NCBI RefSeq assembly: GCF_964204865.1
Contig: NC_135260.1
Location: forward strand, 7,626,001-7,690,000
Direction of reading: 5' to 3'
DNA from: Styela clava
Lineage: Eukaryota
DNA length: 64,000 nt
Part shown: positions 38,099 through 50,000 of the stretch, one piece after another
Layout: every line of letters starts with the position of its first letter
Position numbering within the stretch: the first letter of the stretch is position 1
The notes under the pieces: generated by a model
Databases searched by the model: none
Seen by the model: only the letters and a program-made list of their open reading frames with translations
What the model was told of the DNA's origin: nothing
Program-made: the position numbers and the translations under genes

Positions 38099-38396
38099 CA
38101 GTGATTCTCAAATCGTGGGCGTAGATAATTATTTGAGGGAGCGTGAAGCTAATTGAAAATAAATATTGTTATTGTTGGATTTGATCTTGCCCGCTTCATT
38201 TTGAATATTTACATTTCTATATTTTTCGAAATTGCGATTTTATCTACGTATTTTCAACGTGTTTTTCGAATAAAAATACTTTCGCCTTACCATCTGTTAT
38301 TTGTAGCTTATTGCTAGTTAGGTATTGTTAAAATGGGGCGCAAGACTTGACAAGTTCTAAAAAGATTGCGCGGCCTAAATAGTTCGAAAACCACTG
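38099..38396. mobile_element. Old hAT MITE
   Basis: CAGTGATTCTCAAA / TTCGAAAACCACTG termini; TSD degenerate (gtccatag / gtctaatg). Confidence 0.5.
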
Positions 38397-38927
38397 GTCT
38401 AATGTGATATCTGGTCTCACCTCGGTGTGCACAAGCCGATTGAGGAAAGACGAACACGTATTTCTTCTTCAATGGTTCTCAGTTGTCCGCGTTTTTGGAT
38501 TAAATGTAATAAATGAAAACCTCAACCGAACTTGTGAATGAAAAAAATATAGCGTTGACCCATTCATTGATTGATTCCGTAGTCGATTACTGTGTGCCTA
38601 TATCATGCATATAATATAGTACCGTATAGTAGTCATAGCCATATTCTAGAACATTAGTTTCTTCAACAATTTTATAGTATTACCATTGGCATCTTGGCAC
38701 TTTTTCATGTTTACTGTGGTAACTTCATTTGGTTTGAGGAAGATGTGGTCTGTGTAGCGCATGTCTTCAACACATATATATATGTATATAAATACATATA
38801 ATTTTCTTTTATTGATTTTTCTGTTTTTCCCATCGAAATTTTTGCATATCAAAAATATATAGTATAAAAATGCATATAAATGACGATATATTATGTATTT
38901 TTATAGACGACACCAGAAAAATACGAA

Positions 38928-40061
38928 ATGGAAGATTCAGAAAAACCAGTTCAAGAAGAAAACGAAAAACATACCAGAAATCAGGTGAGTAACATTATAT
39001 TAATATGATTGCAATCTTGTTCATATAATTCATCATTAAAATACAATCGTTTATTTATTTTTTAGTCCACTTAAAATATACATTGTACATGCAGCATACA
39101 AAAGTTAAATATCATAGCGACAAGAAAAAAATATCGAGCGACAGTGCGACAGTGAAGATTGATTATTTTATCTCTGCAAATGCAGAATAAATGTCAACCA
39201 GGAATGATTGCGAATAATTACGGTGCATTTCATAATAGCTGTGCTTGAATATGTTCGCACTGAATTCGATTTATTATTGAGACTTACTTTTATATATACA
39301 TAAGGAATATACAAACTACAAACCTTATCAAGAAAAATTGAACTCGCGTTAATGTTATTCTTCCACGTTTGCAGAACTTCGATCGTCTGTACTCACAAGT
39401 AGGATCAGAGGTGAGTATTTTCATTTTTTCGAAATACTTTATGACATTCATTACTTTGAGGTGTGCGAATGTTTTCAGTCATGTAATTTAATAAAAAAAA
39501 ATGGGGAGAGTATTGGCAGAGCTTATTTCTTTTTTTATTTAGGAAATCTTCTACTCTGACGCAGATGATTTTGCATACAATTTAGCCGTGCAATTTACCA
39601 CTGACGATGAGGAGGAGCGGTTACAATATCTGAGTCGTCTTGGAACTTGGAAAAATAAGAAACAGTGCTATGGAAATGTTCGACGTTGGTTAATCATGTC
39701 CTTGGGAGGGTGTTTTGGTGCTTTAAGAGGGAGATATAATTTGAACGCGGAAATGAAGTTGATACGCGATGTTCTGAGTGGAGTGATAGCGGAAGCAGCC
39801 GCAAAATCCGCGTCAAAAAATGCTATCAAAGCGATTGCTTCTGAAGTTTCTGCTACCACAGTCCGAGAAACTGTGAAATATGCGGCTTTGAGTGCAAGTA
39901 AAGCAGCCGTCAAAAAATCATTGAAATTTACAAAAACGTTCCAATTTGGATACTACTTTGCGTATTTCGTAGCTGGATGTGGACTTTCTGCAGCTGCTGT
40001 AAAAGGATACACGTTGTGGAAACGTCGTCATTCAAAAGATATACCAAGGAAACTTGATTAA
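38928..40061 (+). CDS. Uncharacterised ~203-aa protein with predicted C-terminal transmembrane anchor; exons 38928-38984, 39375-39410, 39543-40061
   Basis: Strong GTGAGT donors and polypyrimidine-AG acceptors, all phase 0. Ala/Lys-rich helix, then FGYYFAYFVAGCGLSAAAV and basic tail WKRRHSK. An additional upstream exon is possible. Confidence 0.7.
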
Positions 40062-42962
40062 ACTCGACGAAGATTGACTATTCGATTACTAACGTTCTAG
40101 GGCTCAATCAACAATTATTGTGTGTAGTATGAAAATTTATGGCGATTTCAACAGTTATCAAGTCTTCAATTATTTGATCTTCTAGGCAAATTTTTTTGTC
40201 AAAAAAGTGATTCTAAAATTGACGGTATTTTTGATTTAACTTTGAATCTCTTACGAATCAAAATGAAGATATTTTCACTTTGACGTAAATTATCATTTCC
40301 GATGAATATTCAAAAAGAAAACAAATCTAGCCGTTCTTGATAATGACGTTGCAATCCAAATATAATTATGAAGTGGCATTCAATGTGCGGGTTATACTCG
40401 AAAAGTCCGACCCTAAATTGACCATCCAAGCTTCGTTGCTGAGACTTTATTATTGTAATAAGGGATCTAATATAAGTGTTTCTCCCGGCAATTGCTCACA
40501 ATTTAATTTTTTAGTATGACCATCATTCCGAACATTGGCTAAATAAAATATGAAAAATAGTTATTTAAAAAACACAAAGTCCAAATGTTACTGCAGCGGG
40601 TAACAGCAGTGTATTAAGTTGGTTGACAGGCGTTATTATATGACGTCATAATTCTAGAATGGATCTCACTTCCTGTCTTCTGCCTTCAGCACGAGTTTAG
40701 TGCATTAGTGTTGTCTTGTTGTATAGTCCGGGTTTAGCTAAATAAGAATATTTTAGTGCCTAATTTGTTGTTCTGAATTATTATGCAGAAATATAAGGTT
40801 AGGATATGCACTGATATTAAGCTCAGTTGTATATTATTCCAATAAAAATGTAATTGTGATGTTTATATTTAATGTTTCTTTTACTGTAATCGTGTAATAA
40901 TATGGCAAAGAAGCACTGAATTCAGTATCAGTTACCGCAGTTTCGAAAGTATGGTTACCACTTCAATTGGAAGATGATAGTTTTTTGGGATAAATTCGTT
41001 ATTTCAGGTTAAAATGACTGGAAATTCATTAAATTAATTAATTCATTAAAATGACTGGAAATTGCTAATTTCTCCAAATTCATGAATTCCATCGATATAG
41101 TTCCCGTTGTAATTAGACAAACAGATGACAACCGAAAATATAATTGGATCGATGACATATGGTAATTAGTATTCCAAACCCGAATCGATAACCCTAATGG
41201 AATCGATATCACCATACGCACATACGTATAAAAAGGTTTCAATTGGATATTTGGGGAAGGTATTGAAAAGGTCTTGTATTAGGAGTCAAATCGTTCTGAT
41301 AAGTGTCGTCTCGTCTCTCGATGTTCTAACGTTGCCTTCGTCGTTTGTTCTCCGTGTCTATTCTACAACATTAAACTCATCTACAACGTCAAGACGTGTT
41401 TTTATTTGCTAAAAGTTTACATATCGTTATGTTTTTATTAATTACCTGGACTTGTCCTGCGTATATATATTTGTTATTTCGGGCATATTGTATTTCTTCA
41501 TGTTATTAAAAGTTTCGAAACACGAATGCTAACTGCATCAGATTGCGACACAGTATCATATCAGTCTGACAGCATTCAAATGAATAAGAGTGTTACATGC
41601 CTGCAACAACACTCATTGAAAAGAACGCGCTTCCTAAAGCCCCAGAACAAAGAGAGCGGCATGCGGAAAAAATTCTCAAATTTCAAAACAGATATTAGAC
41701 CGCACATTCCACTGTGAAGCCTGTAGTATATAATCGTAGCCTGTAGTATATAGTCGTACGAATATTGCAAGACCGGCAGAACTATTAAAAAAAAAAAATT
41801 AAAAAGGAGAAATTCCAGGACCGTGCTTCTCAAATAGGGCGATATCGTCCATAAGGGGCGAAAAACCAGTAGAGGGTGATGGCGCACTCTCGAAATAATA
41901 TGAATTATCGCAAAATTTGTTCCGAGTAAAAGGATATAAAATAATGCAATAATAAAGAATCCAAAATGATTTTAAAGAAGATGGTATATCTTGACAAACT
42001 GGCAAATAACCACTCATATGAATTGTAACTGCATCATGGATTGTTCCTGTGTCCGATATTCATGTATTATTATTACTTCGTTAATTGATTTGCAATGAAT
42101 TTGTTTGTGATTTTTCGATTTTTTTTTGTATTGCCGAGAGGCAATTTTTTACATTGAAATAGACACAATATAGTCAGCAAGCAGTCAATTTGAACTGATG
42201 AGCGCGATAAAACAGCTAAGTGCTGCTATCGACGTAATATTCCTGTTGTCCTGAACTATATATATTAAATACATAATCAGGACACAAAACACAAATTGCG
42301 TCATAAAAATGACGAGCCTGGTTTAGCGATTAATGATCTACAGGGGTTACTATTTATTTTTCTCAAGTACTGTACCTAGGAATTATGAGGGACTGTTGTT
42401 CCAACTGAATATTTCGCTTGTTGTGAACCTATTCCCCACATTTTAGGACACTGGAAGTTAATCTTAAGCCATAACTGTATAATTGCGGTGTCTTGTCCAT
42501 TAGCAAGACCAACAAGTCAGTCTATTTCGTTAGGTAGCAGCAGTTACCCGATGCTATTCAATGCGAAGGTGATAATGGAAACTTCGAGGTGTGAGCTAGG
42601 GTGTAATCAGAGAAAATGTTGTTTATGATGAGTTTTTGAATTATTTACGGTTGTTTCATGATTTTTTCTCGGCCAAGGCTCTGTACAGCAATGGTGTTTT
42701 AGGCGTAGAAGATACTCTTTTTTTTTTACCAAAATCGTTCTGGTTCGACGTATTCCACCCTACGTCTTTTATTTCTTTACTTCGGGTAAAAACTGGCAGA
42801 CTAGCGTTTATTCCAAGTTCTGTAAGCTGCAATGCCAAAAATATTGACCACAAAGTTGTAAAATTAAAATTGTGAAAATAAAAATATATTTTTTTATATT
42901 ACAATCTAGTCTAGACCGATTTTACAATGTTTTACTATGAGTCAAGAGCAACAAAGTAATTC

Positions 42963-45044
42963 ATGGCAACTACATTCATAAGGAATGGTTTAATAATATT
43001 GATATCGTTTTCATTTTGCGGAATAATATATTATCTGTATGAAACTTCAGTCAGGGAAAGGTATCGTACATATTGTATGGAATCAATGCATAATAAAAGC
43101 TATTTACAAATGATTTTTTAGATGAGCTTCTGTATAAAAATGAGTACAACAAATTTATTGAAGTTGAATACTAAACTTTAAATACTATATTCATGTATCA
43201 GGAATTATACGGGTGTACTAAATTTTTAAATCTAAATGCTGATCTGTTCCAACCATTGTATCCGATATTCCAACTTCAAAAATATATATTTAAAACAATT
43301 ACTTAGACTCAGTCGTGTTGTTTGGATGTCTTATTAATACCAGTAAAATCCTATCGCAGTTAATTTACGTGAAAATTTTTACTCCAGAGGACGAAAACCA
43401 AATTTCGGTATCTATGTGTTGAATAGCAGTATCGATCTAAACAAAGTTGGGAACGAAAATACATCGATCAGCTCTTCCGCTGAAACTACTATCACTCATC
43501 CTATGACGTCATTCAAGCAATTTGGTTTGGAAGAAATAAGTTTGTTAAAGCGAATGGATACACAACGGCCGTTTTTTAACATTTTAATGGAACCTTGGAA
43601 AATGTTGTGTACAAATAATACCAAAAATCTAACAGGTCACATTTTCAGCCTATTATATTTTAAACAAGTAAAATAAATAACGAAACAATTAGTATGAGTA
43701 TAGCAAATTTCCTATTGTGTTTTGCAGATTCCAGATGGTCCATGATAGTTGCAGTCAAGACAGGATACGATAGAATTGTACAAAGAGATCGTATCAGAAA
43801 AACATGGCCTTCCAACACATTCCTCAACGGAGTTTGTTTAGATGTTATTTTTGTTGTTGCAAATACATCAACTGCAGAAGAGAACCTTAACTTGAGAAAA
43901 GAAGAATCGGTGCATGGCGATATTTTACAGGTTGAATTGGAAGAAACTTATCGGTAAATTTTCAATTTTCACATAACCATACCAGACCTTCCACAGTCCT
44001 ACTGGACGCGAAGTGGAACTATGGGTCGTTCTGTTATAATGTTGTTGTTGGTATTCTTCTTGTGTTTGTTATTGTGAAAAAACTTACCTTTCTCATTAGC
44101 TACCAGACCAATTGCTTTGAAATCAGTGGTTTAAAATTGTTATTGTCGATAGAAGGTTATTACGCTTATTGGGCACGAAATATACATATGGATTGTTTTG
44201 TTATTATGTTGTGCTTCGTGATGATCTTTTTATCGTTATGAGAAAATTTCTCTTTATCTACTGGACCGATTGCTTTAAAAATTCTCATTAGTAAAGATTG
44301 TATGTTTTGCTATCAGGATTTTGCTTTTATGTGTTTCAAATATTTTTTTTGTGTGTGCCATGACGTCATCAGAATTTCGCAGTTTGTGGCAGATTAAACA
44401 TTAAAACAAGGATGGAACATAATGTTTCCACGGACTAATGATGATTATGCTTTATTCCATATATATCCTTTCTTTTCCAAGTATAATATTTTTACAGAAA
44501 CATTGGATTAAAAGCGCTTGCTTCGATGCAATGGACAGCGGATAACTTCCCAAGTGACTGGATATATTCATCTGCAGATGATGATATGTTACCAGATTTT
44601 CATCGTTTATATGAAAATATTGAAAAATTAATGTCTGAAGAAAAGAGTTTTACGAAAAATTCTAGCAATTCTGTTTCGTATAATCAGTCAAACACAGAAA
44701 ATTTACCAATATTTTGCGCATTTACCTACAACTCTGTCCCCAAACCAAAACGATTTGAAAATAAATGGCAGATCAGCGTGGAAGACTATCCGTATGACTA
44801 TTATCCACCGTATTGTTCTGGTGGATTTTATTCAATGTCAGTGAAACAAGCGAGCGCAATTTACTCTGTTTCAAGATGGTATCCCTATTTTCATTTAGAT
44901 GATGTTTGGATAACAGGATTTATGAGACTTCGTTTGTGTGATTTAATGACGGATCGGGAATTCACATTCAATAGGACAGATATCAACTGTGGGATTTCTA
45001 CTATGGCCGGAGGCATAGTGAAGCACGGCGTTCAACTAATTTAG
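42963..45044 (+). CDS. GT31 beta-1,3-galactosyl/GlcNAc-transferase-like type II membrane protein, ~372 aa; exons 42963-43060, 43388-43635, 43728-43953, 44498-45044
   Basis: N-terminal TM (GLIILISFSFCGIIYYL), RDRIRKTW, EESVHGDILQ, ETYRNIGLK, ADDDM, YPPYCSGGFY, LDDVWITG; consistent phases (1119 nt). Confidence 0.88.
44003..44480 (+). mobile_element. Diverged HINE copy in GT31 intron 3
   Basis: TGGACGCG start, (TGT)n tract, two GACC(A/G)ATTGCTTT cores; right boundary approximate. Confidence 0.5.
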
Positions 45045-45448
45045 CTTCCTAATTTCTTTACTGTTCGGCTCACAACATTGTCAGAAGATGAAGAACTTAT
45101 TTCCAACCTTGATTAGATTGCGCTCAGAACTTTGTGTTGAAATTTTAACATTTAAAAAAAAACCTAAATGCTTGGTTCCTCTTTCTGAGTTTCAGCAGTC
45201 AAGCGATCAATTTTTACAGTGTTTATAATTCTATTCCCATACTAAATTCTTCCAAAAGACGAAGATCAAGACATAGGTGGGCACAGGATAACCTCCGAAC
45301 AAATAGAACGGCGTGCTGAACAATGTATAGATGTCAGATTATGGCTAGGTATGAACAGCCATGAACGTTGGTCATTTAAAATATGTTTGGGACTCAAGTG
45401 CGCTAGAAAAGATGGACATCACAAATGTAAATCATCACGTATATATAT

Positions 45449-45634
45449 GGTGCCGTACTTTTGAACCCACGTAAATTTGAACCCATGTGTATATCCGCGG
45501 GTTCAATCTATGTGCCGTTGCTAAAAGCCATGGGTTAGGGTTAGTATGGGTTCAAATATCCGCAAAACAAAAAAAATTCCATAGGTGCAATAGTATGCAG
45601 GTGCAATTATCGTGGGTTCAAATGTACGGGAACC
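45449..45634. mobile_element. 186-bp MITE inserted in a (TA)n tract
   Basis: Inverted ends CCGTAC(T/A)TTTGAACCCACG; internal GGGTTAGGGTTAG. Confidence 0.7.
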
Positions 45635-45654
45635 ATATATATCAATCATTAGAT

Positions 45655-46367
45655 ACCATGTGACCGATGCTCAAATATATAGACACGAAAGTCAAATCGA
45701 GAAAGTGTGGGTACGCAATTTGTCACAGTATCCTACCGGTTCCGCAGTCTCCACGACTTCCCTGATCGCGGATCTTCCGCAAGGCACCTCATTTTTTAGT
45801 TATAATAACGTCATCGCACACGAAAAACGAACCATACAGATCCCACAGAAATTTTTGAAATAAATAAAAGCAATTAGCCTTCTAACGAAAAATACACCAC
45901 TGGGAATTTCAAAACAATTTGTCCGGTAGTTTACAAGAAAAAGAATGACTAACAAGAAAAACGACAACATAGTAACAGAATGATACATAGGCCTACCTAC
46001 CGTGTTTTCCCAAAAATAAGACCTAGCCTGAAAATAAGACCTAGCCTAAATTTTAAAAATGAATCTAATGTATCCCCTTCCCTTAAAATGAGACCTAGTC
46101 GATAGCGCCATTTTTTGTTGTTAATTAACAACGTGTTATTGTTAAGTAAATGGATATCGGTTTTCATATTTTGTATATTTAAAAATCTCATAATTCTCTA
46201 CTTTGTAATTATGTTTTTGATAAATAAACGTAAAAGACATCTCCCAAAATTAAGTTTTATTTTTTGGAAGAAGATTGAAATAACCCATTCTTATTTTAGG
46301 GGAAGTTTTTGAAATGCAGGCTAAATTTTTATTTTCGGGACAACACGGTAGTACATTCCGTGTCCAA
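45655..46367 (-). mobile_element. Diverged HINE copy interrupted near its end by a Tc1-mariner MITE
   Basis: GCTCAAATATATAGACACG left motif and family core; CGTGTCCAA resumes after 46350. Confidence 0.6.
46000..46348. mobile_element. Tc1-mariner (Tc2-like) MITE
   Basis: TIRs CCGTGTT(T/G)TCCC(A/G)AAAATAA, TA TSD, repeated AAAATAAGACCTAG; related end at ~4105-4149. Confidence 0.8.
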
Positions 46368-47041
46368 TAGACCAATACCAATAAATCAATCCGCCTATCG
46401 CAGTATGAAGATACTGCGCCCATATAATTGTACAAATATCGCTAGCAGCCTATTGGCATAGTTATTAAGAATAGATATTGCGCGAGATGGTGTCCCTAAA
46501 TGGTGTACAACTAGTGTCCCTAAATAAATTGGTAGACATTTCTTACACGACTATAAAGAAGGTATTATAGTTCTGGGATTATCGGAATTTGAACCGGGAA
46601 TAACATTGACTGTGGCAATTTAGGGTACATAACCCCAGAGTCATGGCAACTCAATTTCGCATTTTGCTGGCATTTTTTTTATCGAGTACACAAGTTTAAA
46701 TTCTACTGAGGGGCCATTCGAATTATCGTTACTGAACCACTACGTCAACAAGTCGGAGACTTTTCAAACCTTTTTTTACATAATTTCCTTTTTTCATTCA
46801 GACTCGAAATCTTAATTAGATAATACAGCTTTTTAAAATGACAAACTGCTCGATTTAATCGCTGTTTGGCAACACCGTGTGACATGCTTAATGTTCTCGA
46901 GACGCAGTATCTCACTGCTGCACGTATTTACGATAGCAACAGCGAAAAAGTGCTGTTGACTTATTAGTTCAAGTTAATAAACTATTGTACTGCAAATATA
47001 TCCATTGATAGTTGAAGCATCAGTAGAGATAAATACTAAAA

Positions 47042-50000
47042 ATGGCAGATCAAATAAATTTCATCGAAGATTTCGAGAAACTTGCCAAAAGAAAGATGTC
47101 ACCCTATAATTGGGGTTATTATGCGGCAGGAGCTGTGGGAGAAGACACGGTCAGAGAGAATTGTGAAGCTTTTAGAAGGTATAATACAATTATTGAACAT
47201 TTATGGGTTAAACATTATTCTGTATAGCAGTCTACATGCATTCTTAGCAAACAACAATGTAAACATTTGCAAACGTTTGCTACGTGGCGCTGACTATAAT
47301 ATCTCACTTAGCGATATCAAAGGTGGAATTCAAAACTTGACCATTTCTCGAATTACTTTGAAAAATATGGAAAGATGTGGACTAATGTTCTTTTCTTTTC
47401 GCTGAAATCGGCACAGCAGTATTCGATATAGAAGATAAAATGTATCGTTGCGGAATGATAATCGTATTCAATTTGAAAATGTTCGAAAATAAAGCCCAAA
47501 ATGTCATGGGATTCACATCAAAATAACAGAATTGGGTGTGGTAAATCGATCTTCTGCTTAACTGCATTGGCTAAAACAAATACATGTGCATGTACAATAT
47601 ATATATATACTGGCAGTCCATCAGTAACCGCAATAGGCGAGTCAAATCTTCTTATGAGTTAATAATTTACAGAAACTGCCCGGAATACGAATTAGTAGCA
47701 CATATGATATTTTATTTCAGATGGAGATTTCGACCAAAATTGCTCAGAAACGTATCAAAAGTTGATATTTCAACTACGGTACTTGGCTCAAAAATCCCAT
47801 TCCCAATTTGTATTGGTCCAGTAGCATATCATGGTCTTGCTTCGATTGAAGGCGAAGTAGCAACAGCAAAAGGTAGGGCATGCGTTCTAGAAAGTACACC
47901 AGGGGAGGCCAACCTGCTTTCGACTAAAATCTTAAAATAGATCACGATCGACTGATCGATAACAAGGTCAAACACAAAAACGAATGGGCACTGAATGTGC
48001 GGATAACTGCACACGCGCATACAAAAAATTCCACCGCTGCCAATAAGAAGGCTTTGTGGACACATTGTTATTAAAATCGACACGAAATTTGTATTTTTTA
48101 TGTTTCATTTTAAGTTGTCGATTTGATTATTTAATGGTACCCGGATTAAATGTTTCATCATTTAATTAAGTTTTATTTAAATCATACAATTCAGATAAAG
48201 GGCGTGTCTAATTTTTAGTCGTAAGTGTTGAAAATTCTTCAAGAAACCTTGCCAAGTATCATCCATACAGCGAAAAATAACTATTCTCAAACCATGAATG
48301 TTACATGACTGCTCAAACTTTAGTATCTAATTTACAATTTCCTCCAAACGCGATTCTTCGCTTGCTTAGAATTAGAACAAATTGGGCATTTTGGTGCCAC
48401 TGCTATCATCGCAAATAAAATTAATCACACTACTCTTGGAGTGAGACAATAACTTTTGCATACTGCTGACGTTATTGTAGAATTGTTCGTCAGTCTAGAC
48501 TAGAGTTAGACACGCGATTTTAAACCTTGGCAGCGGAAAAACTTAAATTGTCACGTAATAATATGCTTTATCGGGCTTGCCCATGCAGACTCAAATACTG
48601 ATGTGTATATTGTATTTTACGCATGTAAAGTACTGTATTCTTCCTGTTGTAAAACACACAACTGGTTCGAGGCAATTTTTGGGGGTATTTCAACAAAATT
48701 CACTCAACATCAGACGCGATCGACTGCTCGAGACGTGGCGATCGACCGGTCGATCGCGATCGACGTGTTGGCCACCCCTGATGTACACTAAGTTTATTTC
48801 GAATACCATAGTATTCAATAATAGTATTGTACACAATATCATACGACAGCAGTTCCCAAAGGGTGCGCGAAAATTAACAGAATTGTGTTAAACATAATAA
48901 AGATATGATTCAATATTTACATATTGTATTTATTATAATTGTTTCTTATTTCAAATGCTCTGTATATGAATCAATGAATTCATTTTGCCTTTCTATGTAG
49001 TTTACTTTCTGTTCCGTAGTGTCTGCTTCTGTTGTTACGTAACAATAGATATACACCACTTGCTGCAATTCACGAGCTGCAGTTTATTTGCTGAACCGAG
49101 TTTATCGAACAGGAGTGATTATTTTAGAATTTCAAAAAAAAAAATTAGACAGAGACGAGCAAGAGGAGTTGACATTGCCTTTATTCCTTAGGCTTACGTG
49201 TTTACACATTTTAAAAGGCATAAAGTACATATTAATCATCACGAAATTGAGTTTTATTTAACAGCAACATTTTTTCCCCCTGGTTATTTGGCGCCTCACG
49301 AACATTTCATTTTAATTGTCAGTTTTATTTTACCATTTACAATATTTTCAGCTGCGGAATCTCTGGGTGTTGGGATGGGAATGAGCATTTACAGTCATCG
49401 AACAATGGAAGAAGTCGCACAAGAAGCACCGAACTGCATACGCTGGTGTCATATACAAGTCGTTGAGGTAAATGGTTTTTTAGGAGTCTACGAGAAAGAA
49501 TTTGAATAATAGGTTAGCTAGGGTGCTAATCTGTTTAATTTAGAAAGACCGAAAAGTATTACTTAACTTGTTGATCCCTGAGTAAGATGACAAAATTCTG
49601 CCGAACTGGACATCTCTGTGAGCCCAGCATGATTTGGGGGAATTTGCAAAAAAGTATAATATCAATAAAAACACCTCTGGTAATTTTAAAAACATTTTTG
49701 ACGTTGTTTAATGAATTATTATGTTTAAAAATAATTTTTAAAACTATTTCAATGCAACAAAATTTATAAAGAATCGGAACATGATGAAACACTACGTAAG
49801 AAGAGCCGAAAAGGCTGGATTTAGTGGATTCATTGCAACGATTGACCAAGCGGTATTTGGGAAAAGACACCATACGACCGACGATGGAGAAACATACGAG
49901 TTTTCATATCAGGAGTATGTCCATGTTTGATTCTTATTTTTGAAATAAGACGGCTGAGTAAAAGTTCCATATTCTATAATAGGAATGGCGAAATTTTTTC

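Noticed and set aside
45532-45545. GGGTTAGGGTTAG telomere-like repeat
   Set aside because: Only two units, internal to a MITE.
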